A stretch of DNA of 55,650 nucleotides from Candidatus Nealsonbacteria bacterium (GCA_030616085.1 JAUWYA010000002.1:1-55650), one strand, 5' to 3'; shown: positions 27,897 to 37,702, counted from the stretch's first letter. Translations and numbers: made by a program. Notes: a model not told the origin generated them from the letters alone.

Positions 27897-28310
27897 TTAA
27901 ATGGTTTTCAGAAACTCATCTATAGTTTTATATCTCTCATTAAATATCAAATAAAGAGTTTCTGGTTTTTCAGGTTCGCCAATCAGAATAAGTGGTTTCC
28001 CTAAACCGTATGCAACGCCAGCCTCCATATGAACTGAATTGCCAGCTGGTAAAAGCATTATTACTTTCTCGGCATTTTTTAGACCCCTTAAATCCTTATC
28101 AAATATCTCCTTGTATCTACTATTATTGAAAAAATCCTTTACACTTTCAAACGCCTTCATCTGTTCTTCTGGATGTGCATCTGGATTATTTGGGTCAACA
28201 GGTGTATCGCAAAAATTGTAGCAGGTCTTTCCCTTTTCTTGTAATTTTTTTACAAGTAAATCACAATTATCTTTATTTCTAAATTTTGAGATAATAGTAT
28301 AATCAGTCAT
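27897..28310 (-). CDS. Nucleoside 2-deoxyribosyltransferase-like protein
   Basis: IFDKDL..L..A, LLPAGNSVHMEAGVAYGLGKP. Confidence 0.7.
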   Translation of the reverse strand: MTDYTIISKFRNKDNCDLLVKKLQEKGKTCYNFCDTPVDPNNPDAHPEEQMKAFESVKDFFNNSRYKEIFDKDLRGLKNAEKVIMLLPAGNSVHMEAGVAYGLGKPLILIGEPEKPETLYLIFNERYKTIDEFLKTI

Positions 28311-28347
28311 ATTTTTAATTATAATTTTATTTACTTTAGCATAAAAT

Positions 28348-28381
28348 CATAATTTTTACGAGAGTTAAAATAAAAAAGCCC
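28348..28381. repeat. 34-bp exact direct repeat (copy A)
   Basis: CATAATTTTTACGAGAGTTAAAATAAAAAAGCCC is also at 37636-37669. Confidence 0.85.
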
Positions 28382-28412
28382 AGCGATAGGCTTTTCGTTT
28401 TAATTCACTGCT

Positions 28413-28496
28413 AAGCTCCGGGGAATAGACGATGTTTGAACCTATTTTATGGATATAAAAGAGTATTTCGAAATACCAGAATTGGTTGCTCCTTAA
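28413..28496 (+). pseudogene. Possible serine-recombinase C-terminal tail remnant
   Basis: KLRGIDDV*TYFMDIKEYFEIPELVAP*, similar to the NKVRTFY tail at 38590-38652. Confidence 0.4.
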
Positions 28497-28526
28497 TCCA
28501 CCCCACCCCGCTACTCACTATTTATA

Positions 28527-29234
28527 TTATCTTCCACCAAAATAAATGTTTTTGATTCTGTCATCTTGTAAGATTTCCTTTCCTCCCTCTAAGGCTATTT
28601 TTCCGTCTTCTAATATATATGTTCTGTGAGCAATGTTTACTGCTTGTTTAGCATTTTGTTCAACAATAATTATTGAAATTCCTTGTTTATTGATTTCCAT
28701 AATCTTTTCAAAAACTTGTTTCATTATTTTTGGAGCCAAACCCAGAGAAGGTTCATCAAGCAAGAGTAATTCCGGATCTTGAATCAAAGCTCTTCCAATG
28801 GCTAACATTTGTTGCTCGCCTCCAGACAAATTTATAGCAAGTTCATTTTCTCTCTCTTTCAGAAATGGGAACTTGTTGTATACATCTTGAATGTTTCTTT
28901 TAACTACTTCTTTATCTCTCATTATGAAGGCTCCCATTTCAAGATTTTCTTTAACACTTAGATTAGAAAAAACTTGTCTTCCTTGAGGAACATAAGAAAC
29001 ACCTTGATAAATTAATTGATGGGTTGGAAGTTTTGTAATATCTTTATCTTTAAAAATTATCTTTCCAGAATAAATCTTGCATAAATTAAAAACTGACTTA
29101 AGCAAAGTTGACTTCCCTGCCCCATTTGGTCCAATCAAAGCCACAATCTCTGCTGGTCTCACCTCTAAATCAACTTTGTGCAAAATCTCCATCCCATTAT
29201 ATCCTGCTTTTAGATTATTTATTCTAAGTATCAT
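28527..29234 (-). CDS. livF: Branched-chain amino acid ABC transporter ATPase
   Basis: GPNGAGKS, LSGGEQQMLAIGRAL, LLLDEPSLGLAP. Confidence 0.92.
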   Translation of the reverse strand: MILRINNLKAGYNGMEILHKVDLEVRPAEIVALIGPNGAGKSTLLKSVFNLCKIYSGKIIFKDKDITKLPTHQLIYQGVSYVPQGRQVFSNLSVKENLEMGAFIMRDKEVVKRNIQDVYNKFPFLKERENELAINLSGGEQQMLAIGRALIQDPELLLLDEPSLGLAPKIMKQVFEKIMEINKQGISIIIVEQNAKQAVNIAHRTYILEDGKIALEGGKEILQDDRIKNIYFGGR

Positions 29235-29309
29235 TGTTATTTATTCTACCAAAAATATCTTAATTCCTCAACCAAAAAGCCCGCCTTTCAGCGGACCTTT
29301 AATACTTGC

Positions 29310-30419
29310 TTACTTATTTAATTTTTCTATTGCCCCATTATCCAATTCATAAATAGCGGTGGGTATGATTGTCTTATTGTCCTCCGTCATAGTTATAACA
29401 CCGGAAACACCTTCGTATTGCTCAAATGTTTCAAAGGCATTTAACAAACTTTCCTGTGTTGAATTATCTCTTAAAAAAGAAATTAAAATATTCATTGCAT
29501 CATAGCTTTGACCGGCTGGAATATTGCTTTTTTCTCCATATATTTCTTCATATTTTATTCTAAATGATTCTCTGTATAAATCAGAGCTAATAAATTGTAA
29601 GCCGGATGTAAATGATTTACTTTCATTAGATAGATATTCGTCTACTTCTATTGAATAAAGTTTTCCTTGATATCCAAGTTCACTAAGTGTTCTGGTTAAA
29701 TTCAAAAATTGATAATATGTGCCCAAAAATATAGCGTCTGGATTGTCTTTTATTGCTTTCAATGTAACTGTTTTAACATCTGTTTCATCTATTTTGAGTA
29801 AATCTTTGAAATGTATAGTTCCGCCCAGAGATTCAAATTTATTAGCAAAAGATGTTGAAACTTCTTTTTCCCAACTATCTTGAGTGCCTAATACTGAAAT
29901 AGTATCTATTCCTTGATTATATACATATTCGGCCATCTGTTCAGCTTCCACAGTCGGGTCTAACCAAATCAAAAGAGGATTACGAGGATTAGGACGGTTA
30001 CCAATTGGTGCATATGAAGGTGTGATGATAGGAAACTTATCTCTATCAGCTAAAGGAGCAATCGCGCTTACTTCTGTTTGGAAAAGTGGTCCAATAATAG
30101 CTTTTACTTTATCAATTTTTGTAAGTTTCTCATACGCCGACACCGCATTAGACGCACTTCCTTGGGTATCTTCGTATATCATCTCAATTCTTCTACCATT
30201 GATACCGCTGATACCGCCATTTTCGTTCGCTTCATTAACTGCTAATTCAATTCCTCTTTGCGAAGCCTGACCCCATGCAGCACCCTCACCTGATAATATA
30301 AGCATTGCTCCAATCTTAATAACTTCTTCTTTTGATTCTCTGGTTGCTATATACCAAATTCCTCCGATGACTATTACCACAATGATAACACCTATTATAA
30401 TTTTTGTTGTTTTGGTCAT
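29310..30419 (-). CDS. Liv-type substrate-binding protein (membrane-anchored)
   Basis: N-terminal TM, IKIGA..LSG..A.WG, GINGRRIE.IYED. Confidence 0.9.
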   Translation of the reverse strand: MTKTTKIIIGVIIVVIVIGGIWYIATRESKEEVIKIGAMLILSGEGAAWGQASQRGIELAVNEANENGGISGINGRRIEMIYEDTQGSASNAVSAYEKLTKIDKVKAIIGPLFQTEVSAIAPLADRDKFPIITPSYAPIGNRPNPRNPLLIWLDPTVEAEQMAEYVYNQGIDTISVLGTQDSWEKEVSTSFANKFESLGGTIHFKDLLKIDETDVKTVTLKAIKDNPDAIFLGTYYQFLNLTRTLSELGYQGKLYSIEVDEYLSNESKSFTSGLQFISSDLYRESFRIKYEEIYGEKSNIPAGQSYDAMNILISFLRDNSTQESLLNAFETFEQYEGVSGVITMTEDNKTIIPTAIYELDNGAIEKLNK

Positions 30420-30436
30420 GGTTTTTATTTAATTAT

Positions 30437-30472
30437 TTATTCTTGATATCGCACAAATTCACCCTTTTCGAT
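30437..30472 (-). pseudogene. Orphan 3' end of a substrate-binding protein gene
   Basis: Reads IEKGEFVRYQE*, matching the C-terminus VKNGEFVRYQE* of 33298..34434. Confidence 0.75.
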
Positions 30473-30474
30473 AA

Positions 30475-31596
30475 TTACTCTACTAACACACCATCACCAT
30501 CCTGAACTATAAATACTTTTTCTATCCTTTCTGATAAACCGTTTGCTTCAATTTTTATTTTACCACCAGCTCCTATCATATCAACAGAGTATAATGCGTC
30601 TTTAATGTTTTCGGATGTAATATCTTCTATTGATTCAGCAGCACTCTTAATTGCTAATATAACATCATAGCCAAAAGCAACCATGGGTAGGGCTGGTGCT
30701 TCTTCTCCATATTTCTCTCGATATTTTCCAGCAAGAGCTTGCGATATCTCATTATCTTCTACATAAATACTTGTGAAGTATACTCCTTCGGCTGCTTCAC
30801 CTGCTGCTATGATTATATCTGGTATCAAAGCATCACCAGATAGAATCTGCGCTTCAAGTCCTAATTCTTTTGCTTGTTTCAAAAATATATCTGTATTCAC
30901 TGGAACAAGAGGAAGATAAACAGCATCAGCATCTTTAGATTTTATTTTACTGATAATAGTCCTGAAATCGTTTTCACCAACAGCCACTTTCTCTTCTAAT
31001 AAAATTTCTCCTCCTAATCCTTGAAATTCTTGTTTAAAAGCCGGAGCAATTACTTCTGACCATTCATCCTGATGTAAAACAATAGCAACTCTCCTAAGAT
31101 TTAGTTCATTATAAGCATAGTTGGCCATCTTTATTCCTGATAATTCAGTAGAAAATCCTGTACTAAAAATATAATCTCCTTTTTCTAATTCATTAGTGCT
31201 GTCCCAAGCAACTATTAACGGAATTTTATTCTGTTCAAAAATTGGCATTACAGCTTTAGCTCCATGAACAAATGAAACAATGCCAATATCTATTTTATCT
31301 ACACTAATCAGTTTATTAGCAGCTGTAACAGTAAATTTATTATCATATTGATCGTCTTCAAAAATTACCTTAATCTCTCTACCATTAATTCCTCCTGCTT
31401 TATTTATCTCCTCTACAGCTATCTCAATTCCCTGTTGAATACTTATCCCAGCTATAGCGCTTTCTCCTGTCAAAGGCAAAATAGCTCCAATCTTAATAAC
31501 TTCTTCTTTTGATTCTCTGGTTGCTATATACCAAATTCCTCCGATGATTATCACAACGATAATAACACCTATTATAATTTTATTTGTTTTCGTCAT
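30475..31596 (-). CDS. Liv-type substrate-binding protein
   Basis: IKIGAILPLTG, GGINGREIKVIFED. Confidence 0.9.
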   Translation of the reverse strand: MTKTNKIIIGVIIVVIIIGGIWYIATRESKEEVIKIGAILPLTGESAIAGISIQQGIEIAVEEINKAGGINGREIKVIFEDDQYDNKFTVTAANKLISVDKIDIGIVSFVHGAKAVMPIFEQNKIPLIVAWDSTNELEKGDYIFSTGFSTELSGIKMANYAYNELNLRRVAIVLHQDEWSEVIAPAFKQEFQGLGGEILLEEKVAVGENDFRTIISKIKSKDADAVYLPLVPVNTDIFLKQAKELGLEAQILSGDALIPDIIIAAGEAAEGVYFTSIYVEDNEISQALAGKYREKYGEEAPALPMVAFGYDVILAIKSAAESIEDITSENIKDALYSVDMIGAGGKIKIEANGLSERIEKVFIVQDGDGVLVE

Positions 31597-31678
31597 ATTT
31601 CTTATTTAATTAATTTATTATTAACCTTTTTATATATATTCTACTAATATGAGAAAAAAAGCAAGAGGGTTTGTAAAA

Positions 31679-32416
31679 CTATTCTCCCAGATAAGCTTCT
31701 AAAACTTCGGGATTATTTTTTATTTCATCTGGTTTGCCTTGAGCGATAACTTTACCTTTTTCCATTACAACAACTTCATCAGCAATTCCAAGAGTAAAAC
31801 CCATATCATGCTCAATAAGTAAAATAGTTTCTCCTTGTTGCTTTAATTTTAATAAAACTTTTGCTATTTCTTCTCTTAATTTTGGGGTAACGCCTGCTAC
31901 TGGCTCATCTAACATTAAAAACTTATGTGGATTTAAAATAGTTCTTAATAATTCAATTAATCTTTTCTGGCCATAACTTAAATCTCTTGTAAGAATATTC
32001 TCAAACTTTTCCAACCCAATTAATTTTAGCGTTTCTTTAATCTTTCCTTCTTTTTTTCTTGTAATCTTATTTAAGCCAAATAGATTCTTCCAGAATTTAG
32101 TATCTTCATTATCTAAAGCTAATAATAAGTTTTCTTTAACAGTTAGATTACTAAAAAGTTTTGTCTGCTGAAACAAACGAGAAATTCCTAAATTAGAAAT
32201 CTTTACTGGTCGTAAGCCAGTGATATCTTTATTATCAAAAACAATCTTACCTGATTCTGGTTTCATAATCCCAGAAACCAAATTAAAAACTGTTGACTTC
32301 CCTGCTCCATTCGGCCCAATCAAAGCTGTTATTGTTTTCTGTCCAACCTCAAAATCACAGCCATCAAGAGCTTTCACTCCTCCAAAATGTTTTTTTAAGT
32401 TTTTTATCCTTAACAT
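31679..32416 (-). CDS. livG: Branched-chain amino acid ABC transporter ATPase
   Basis: FGGVKAL, GPNGAGKST, LSYGQKRL, LDEPVAG, VLEAYLG. Confidence 0.92.
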   Translation of the reverse strand: MLRIKNLKKHFGGVKALDGCDFEVGQKTITALIGPNGAGKSTVFNLVSGIMKPESGKIVFDNKDITGLRPVKISNLGISRLFQQTKLFSNLTVKENLLLALDNEDTKFWKNLFGLNKITRKKEGKIKETLKLIGLEKFENILTRDLSYGQKRLIELLRTILNPHKFLMLDEPVAGVTPKLREEIAKVLLKLKQQGETILLIEHDMGFTLGIADEVVVMEKGKVIAQGKPDEIKNNPEVLEAYLGE

Positions 32417-32417
32417 A

Positions 32418-33290
32418 TTATTCCAGCTTCACCTTTCCAGAGAAACCTTTTGGTTTATAGATTAGAATTAAAAGTAAAAGTAAAGCATAAATAATCTGTC
32501 TTGCAGGGCCTACAATTGAAGAAGGAAAACCAATAAATCTTAATGGCTCTGGCAATAAAACTAAAATTATTGAAGCAATAACTGTTCCTTTTAAAGAAGC
32601 TAAGCCACCAATAATTACAATTGTTAATACTGGAATTAACTGTAATAGGGTAAAGGAAGAGGGATCAATAAAGGTAATGTAATGAGCATAAAGAGAACCT
32701 GCAATTCCGGCAAAAAAGGCAGAAATACCTAAAGCATAGGTTTTTATCTTAAAAGTATTCTTTCCTAAGACCTTTGTTGCTAATTCATCATCCCTTACAG
32801 CTTCCAATACTTTTCCAAAAGGTGAAGCAATAATTCTTTTAATAATAAGATAAGAGATTAAACCGATAACAAAAGTTAAAATTAAAAAGCTAAAATTATT
32901 AGAAAAAACAAAACCTGCTAAAGAAGGCCTAGGAATTCCAGGCAAGCCTAAAGGACCTCTAGTTAAACCTGTCCAGTTTAAAGCAACAGCGTAAATAACA
33001 AAAGAAAATCCTAAAGTAGCTAAGGCAAGATAATCCCCTTTTAATTTATTAGTAGGAATACTAAGCAAAAATCCAAAAAGCATTGCCATTATTCCTGCTG
33101 ATAAAAAAGCAAACCAAAAAGGAAAACCTGCTAAAGCTAATAAAGCAGAGGTATAAGCGCCAACACAATAAAAAGCAATATGTCCCAAATTTAAAAGCCC
33201 AGTAAATCCTACTGCTAATTGTAAAGAAATCGCTAAAATCACATAAATCCCAACCAATATCAAAAGATGAATAAAATAAGCTGAAAACAT
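32418..33290 (-). CDS. livM: Branched-chain amino acid ABC permease
   Basis: GFTGLLNLGH.AFY..GAY, LKGDYLALATLGF. Confidence 0.92.
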   Translation of the reverse strand: MFSAYFIHLLILVGIYVILAISLQLAVGFTGLLNLGHIAFYCVGAYTSALLALAGFPFWFAFLSAGIMAMLFGFLLSIPTNKLKGDYLALATLGFSFVIYAVALNWTGLTRGPLGLPGIPRPSLAGFVFSNNFSFLILTFVIGLISYLIIKRIIASPFGKVLEAVRDDELATKVLGKNTFKIKTYALGISAFFAGIAGSLYAHYITFIDPSSFTLLQLIPVLTIVIIGGLASLKGTVIASIILVLLPEPLRFIGFPSSIVGPARQIIYALLLLLILIYKPKGFSGKVKLE

Positions 33291-33297
33291 AAATTAT

Positions 33298-34434
33298 TTA
33301 TTCTTGATACCGCACAAATTCTCCATTTTTAACTTCCAAAATTATTATTTCTTTAGTTGTTCCTCCTTCTTGTGTAACTAAAGTTAAACCTGTAACGCCT
33401 GGATAATTATTAACTGTGTAAATTTTATCTTTCACACAAACCGTATTAGAAGGATCGACATTACATTTTTCCAAACTTTCTCTAAAGATACCTATTATAT
33501 CAAATGCCAACCCAGTTCTATAATGAGGTTCTTTATTATATTTTGCTTCGAATTTCTCAAAGAATTGAAACGCTGTTTCTCTACTAAAAGTAGAAAATGG
33601 AAATATTAAACCTTCAGCAGCCTCTCCGGCATTTGCTAATAGCTCTTTTTCTCGAGCGCCCCAATAACTAAAAATTCTTTCCTCTATACCTGATTCTTTA
33701 GCTTGAACCAATATCCTTGTTATATGAGATGAATAGCCAACAACATAGATAAAATCTGGATTAGAATTTTTAATTTTTGTTAGTTGTGATCTATAATCTG
33801 TTGCAGAACTATCAAATAACTCAATCGTTGTAACAATCCTATCTTGCTCTCTCCATTTTCTTTCAAGAACATCTTTGTATTGTATTCCAAACTCTACATT
33901 TTGAGCAATTATAGCTAATTTTTGAAACTCAAAATTAGAGATTATAAAATCAACCAAAAATCCTAGCTCTTGTTCTCCATTGAAATTATTAACAAAAGTA
34001 TATTCTCCTGCGTCTAAAATAGAAGGAGAAACAGCTATTGTAAACATAGGTGTTTTAGCTTCTTCTGCTAAAGGCGCTAAGGCTAAAGTAACATGGCTTA
34101 GAGTAGTAATAAATAGATTAACACTTCCAACATCTCTTAATTTGTTGAATCCACTAATTGCTAATTTGGGGTCTCCTTGAGAATCCTCGTAAACAACCTC
34201 TATCAACTTATTATCTAGACCGCCTTGATTATTAATTTCTTCTATTGCTAAATCAATCCCCTCCCTCATATTCTGTCCAATATATGCTTGTTTTCCTGTT
34301 AGCGGCAGAATTGCACCGATTTTAATTATCTCTTTTTTCTCCCCAGATGGCTTCCTACTTAATCCATACCAAATTCCTCCGATAATGATAACGGCGATGA
34401 TTACGCCAATAATGATTTTTGATGTTTTGGTCAT
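33298..34434 (-). CDS. Liv-type substrate-binding protein
   Basis: IKIGAILPLTG, YEDSQGDP, DYRSQLTKIK. Confidence 0.9.
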   Translation of the reverse strand: MTKTSKIIIGVIIAVIIIGGIWYGLSRKPSGEKKEIIKIGAILPLTGKQAYIGQNMREGIDLAIEEINNQGGLDNKLIEVVYEDSQGDPKLAISGFNKLRDVGSVNLFITTLSHVTLALAPLAEEAKTPMFTIAVSPSILDAGEYTFVNNFNGEQELGFLVDFIISNFEFQKLAIIAQNVEFGIQYKDVLERKWREQDRIVTTIELFDSSATDYRSQLTKIKNSNPDFIYVVGYSSHITRILVQAKESGIEERIFSYWGAREKELLANAGEAAEGLIFPFSTFSRETAFQFFEKFEAKYNKEPHYRTGLAFDIIGIFRESLEKCNVDPSNTVCVKDKIYTVNNYPGVTGLTLVTQEGGTTKEIIILEVKNGEFVRYQE

Positions 34435-34448
34435 AGTTTTTTGTCTTT

Positions 34449-35312
34449 CTATTTTTTCCTAATCCCAAGAATTCCTTGAGGACGGAATAATAGGAAGATG
34501 AATAATATTACAAAAGCAATAGCGTCTTTGTATCCTGATGGCAAGAACCAAATGCCAAAGTTTTCAGAAAAACCCAGAAGAAATGCCCCAAGTATAGCTC
34601 CTGGAATATTTCCGATACCTCCAATAATTGCCGCTGTAAAACCCTTAATTATTAAATGAGTTCCCATCATTGGCTCAAGATTTTGCTCCAAGGCAATCAG
34701 AATTCCTCCTATCCCAGCAATTGCTGAACCAATAATAAAAGCCCACATATATATTCTTTCTGAAGAAATTCCAACAATTTCAGCTACATCTTTATTATCA
34801 GAAACAGCTCTCATTGCTTTTCCAATCTTTGTTCTTTTCATTAAAAAGAAAAGTAAAGCAAATAAAATAAAAGAACTAATAACAATAAAAATCTGTAAAG
34901 GAGTAATAATTGCTCCTAAGATTTCAAGTCCTTTAGCTATTTTAATAAAACCAATTGTTTTAACATCTGCTCCAAAGAAAAGTAAAATCAACGATTCAAT
35001 TAAAATTAAAAGAGCAAAACTAGCAATAAGTAAAATAACATTACTGGCTTTTCTTTTTCTAAGTTGTTTATAAATAAGATTCATTACTGAACCAAAAATG
35101 GAAATAAGAATAATTGTTAGAATTACTGCTAACCAGAAATTCATTCCCAATAAAGAAAAAAGAGCGTATAGAATATACGCTGCAACAGCAATAACAGCTC
35201 CGTGAGCAAAATGGACAAACTTACAGATTGAATAAATTAAAGAAAAACCAGAAGCAACTAAAGCATATATTGCCCCAGCAATTAATCCATTAATTAAAAG
35301 CTGTAAAAACAT
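34449..35312 (-). CDS. livH: Branched-chain amino acid ABC permease
   Basis: QLLINGL..GAIYALVA.GFSLIY, HFAHG, GKAMRAV, LLFRPQGILG. Confidence 0.92.
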   Translation of the reverse strand: MFLQLLINGLIAGAIYALVASGFSLIYSICKFVHFAHGAVIAVAAYILYALFSLLGMNFWLAVILTIILISIFGSVMNLIYKQLRKRKASNVILLIASFALLILIESLILLFFGADVKTIGFIKIAKGLEILGAIITPLQIFIVISSFILFALLFFLMKRTKIGKAMRAVSDNKDVAEIVGISSERIYMWAFIIGSAIAGIGGILIALEQNLEPMMGTHLIIKGFTAAIIGGIGNIPGAILGAFLLGFSENFGIWFLPSGYKDAIAFVILFIFLLFRPQGILGIRKK

Positions 35313-35404
35313 ATTATTTCATCTTAATAAAAAATTGTCCTTCTGGCAATTTCTTTGGTGAGTCCATTTTTCTTTTTGCCCGTGATATTTTAATTTTATA
35401 CATA

Positions 35405-35505
35405 TTTTTGCCTGCCGTTAGCCCTGCCTGCGTTTTTGAACTTCGGCAAGGTAAGCGAGCCGAAAAATTTTTGTAAATCGTTGCGTAAAACGCAACGATT
35501 TTTTT
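35405..35505 (+). repeat. Island spacer repeat (TTTTGCC..GTTAGCC..CGAGCCGAAAAATTTTTG + TCGTTGCG/CGCAACGA hairpin), copy 1
   Basis: Related copies at 38782-38852, 40088-40126 and 40991-41051. Confidence 0.75.
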
Positions 35506-35734
35506 ATTTTATCCATTTTATCAAAAAACAGCTTTTTTGGCAATTTACTAAAGTATAAAAAAAGCCCATCAGATTTTCCGATGGGCTTTATCTTTAAAAT
35601 TGTCCAGCGATAGGCTTTTTTGTTTAATTAAAAACCGTCCGAATCTAATCGGAGCGGTTTTGAAATCTGATTTATAACCCAGAAATTATTCCTTGCTTAC
35701 TCTCTTTTTATTAATTTTACGGAATTGTTTTTAC

Positions 35735-36637
35735 TTATCTGATGTTTGCTTCAATTTCTACTTCCCCAACAGTCGTTCCATCAACTTTTACACCGTCTGA
35801 ATCTAATTTTACACCGTTTGAATCTAATTCGAAAGTTCCATCTTCATATCTTGCCTTTTCCTGTCCTCTAAGATACTCTTTGTATTCCTCAGCAGTCATC
35901 CAAGTATTAGTTGTCGGGCTTGGTATCCCTCTTTTATATTGTTTATCTTCTCGCTCTCCAAGATATTTTTTAAACTCATCAACAGTCATCCCGCTAGAGT
36001 CTGCCTCTGTTTTATATTCTTGAATTAGATCTTCTTTATATTCTTCAGGAGTCCTATAATTAGCTTCGGCCCTTTCTTCAAATACGCCTGCTGCATTAGC
36101 TTCTTTTTGCTCAATCAAATGCTTCTTAAATTCTTCAGTAGTCATTGCTTTAATTTCTGCCTTTGCTTCATCAATTCTTTTCTCGAGTTCTTCTATATTT
36201 GGTATCTCATACTCAAGTATTTCTCCCACTTTTGTTACTATTTTTCCAATAGTTTCTTTATCTAAATCTACAGTTATAGTAACGTCTTCGTTGAAGAAAA
36301 CATAAGCTATATCGTCTTTTATCTCTACTTCCTGGACTTCAAGGTTGTATTCTTCGATTATAGCTCTTACTTGCTTGTCATTTGCCATAATTTCCATAGC
36401 ATCAGCTATTTGTAATTCTGGCCGGATGAAAGCAAAAAAGCTTACAAAGCCCACCGCCAAAATTAAAGCTAAAGCAGCTCCTGCTGGAGCTAATCTTTTT
36501 GTCCAAAACATAATTGGTTTTTCCTTAAAATATCCAGAGCTAAACAGAACCATTTTTAACCTTTGTTTGTGGCTCTGAATTTCAATGTCTGGTGTTTTTA
36601 TATTTTCTAATTTCTTGATTAAGTCTTCTTGTTTCAT
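35735..36637 (-). CDS. Putative anti-sigma factor (single TM, acidic repeats)
   Basis: Directly downstream of an ECF sigma; short cytoplasmic N-terminus, TM, repeated MT.EE(F/Y)K motifs. Confidence 0.6.
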   Translation of the reverse strand: MKQEDLIKKLENIKTPDIEIQSHKQRLKMVLFSSGYFKEKPIMFWTKRLAPAGAALALILAVGFVSFFAFIRPELQIADAMEIMANDKQVRAIIEEYNLEVQEVEIKDDIAYVFFNEDVTITVDLDKETIGKIVTKVGEILEYEIPNIEELEKRIDEAKAEIKAMTTEEFKKHLIEQKEANAAGVFEERAEANYRTPEEYKEDLIQEYKTEADSSGMTVDEFKKYLGEREDKQYKRGIPSPTTNTWMTAEEYKEYLRGQEKARYEDGTFELDSNGVKLDSDGVKVDGTTVGEVEIEANIR

Positions 36638-36710
36638 AGCTCTAAATATTTAGGTTATTAATACAACTTAATTTTTTTGACCTTTATGAGCATCTTTTGA
36701 CACTCTATAA

Positions 36711-36740
36711 GTATAACGCATTAGGTCGAAAAAGGTTGCA
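36711..36740 (-). promoter_or_regulatory. ECF-sigma-type promoter
   Basis: TGCAAC-16-CGTTATAC, duplicated at 37327-37356. Confidence 0.75.
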
Positions 36741-37292
36741 TTATTCCATTAGTTCCTTTAATTTCTCCAATCCCCGATGAAGCAGGGATTTTATTGTTCC
36801 TTCTTTTTTGCCTAAAATTTCAGCAATTTCTTTGAGTTTCTTTTTCTCAAAAAATCTCAATGTGATTACTTCTTGATATTTAATCGGCAGTTTAAGGATT
36901 TTCTTTTGAAGCATTAAAAAATCTTGATGCTTTTTTAATTCCTGTTCGGCTTCAAGAATTTCAATAGAAGGATTTGTCATAACAATCGGCTCTGGAATTT
37001 TTTCTAAAGAAACCGGTTTATATTTGTTTGCTCTAAAGTAGTTAGCGATTTCGTTTGAAGTAATTCTGTAAAGCCAGGCAGAAAAGGGAACGTTTTGCCA
37101 GTGGAATTGCCAAAGTTTTTTTAGGGCTTTGAAAAATGTTTCAGAGGTTATATCTTGAGCAATTTCTAAATCAGCTACCCTTTTTAAAGTATAACCAAAA
37201 ATCCTTGAGTAGTATTCATCATAGAGTACGCCAAAGACTTCTGGATTCTTCTTGGCTTCTTTAATTAGTTTTTTTTCTTCCCTTAAATCCAT
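36741..37292 (-). CDS. ECF RNA polymerase sigma factor
   Basis: AQDITSETF.KA, FSAWLYRI, LRFFE....EIAEILG..EGTIKSLLHRG. Confidence 0.93.
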   Translation of the reverse strand: MDLREEKKLIKEAKKNPEVFGVLYDEYYSRIFGYTLKRVADLEIAQDITSETFFKALKKLWQFHWQNVPFSAWLYRITSNEIANYFRANKYKPVSLEKIPEPIVMTNPSIEILEAEQELKKHQDFLMLQKKILKLPIKYQEVITLRFFEKKKLKEIAEILGKKEGTIKSLLHRGLEKLKELME

Positions 37293-37326
37293 ATCTAAAA
37301 TAAAAGGATTTCCCGCCTCTATTTTA

Positions 37327-37356
37327 GTATAACGCAGAAAATCCTAAAAAGTTGCA
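37327..37356 (-). promoter_or_regulatory. ECF-sigma autoregulatory promoter
   Basis: TGCAAC-16-CGTTATAC upstream of the sigma gene. Confidence 0.75.
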
Positions 37357-37402
37357 TTAAACATCTATATTAAGACATATACCCATTATTTAAATATGTC
37401 AA

Positions 37403-37468
37403 CCCCGTTTAGAGATAATACGCCTTTGGCGTATGACGGTTACTTATGATAATCTATCTCTAACGGGG
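37403..37468. mobile_element. 66-bp CCCCGTT(T)AGA MITE-like element
   Basis: TIRs CCCCGTTTAGAGATA/TATCTCTAACGGGG; TCAA duplication; internal ATACGCC-TTT-GGCGTAT hairpin. Confidence 0.85.
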
Positions 37469-37499
37469 TCAAGCTTTTCGCTGCAGTTATGACGAGCCG

Positions 37500-37603
37500 A
37501 AAAACGACGAAAATCGGATTTGGTGGACTTCGTGAGATTCAGTTGGAACCAAATTATACAGGAATTAGTAGTTTGGCAAAGGTTAAAACTCGCTACCATC
37601 TAG
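37500..37603 (+). other. att-like site plus possible recombinase tail
   Basis: AAAAACGACGAAAAT-N8-GTGGAC with the same spacing as 42479-42507 at the tRNA-Ala 3' end; followed by LVDFVRFSWNQIIQELVVWQRLKLATI*. Confidence 0.6.
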
Positions 37604-37635
37604 AATTCTTAATATATTTTACTATAACAAAAAAC

Positions 37636-37669
37636 CATAATTTTTACGAGAGTTAAAATAAAAAAGCCC
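37636..37669. repeat. 34-bp exact direct repeat (copy B)
   Basis: Identical to 28348-28381. Confidence 0.85.
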
Positions 37670-37702
37670 CGCGACATTGTCGCAGGGCATTACGGATTGT
37701 TT

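Noticed and set aside
28437-28439. In-frame TGA as evidence of genetic code 25
   Set aside because: All long genes are open under code 11 and several end in TGA; this is a decayed fragment
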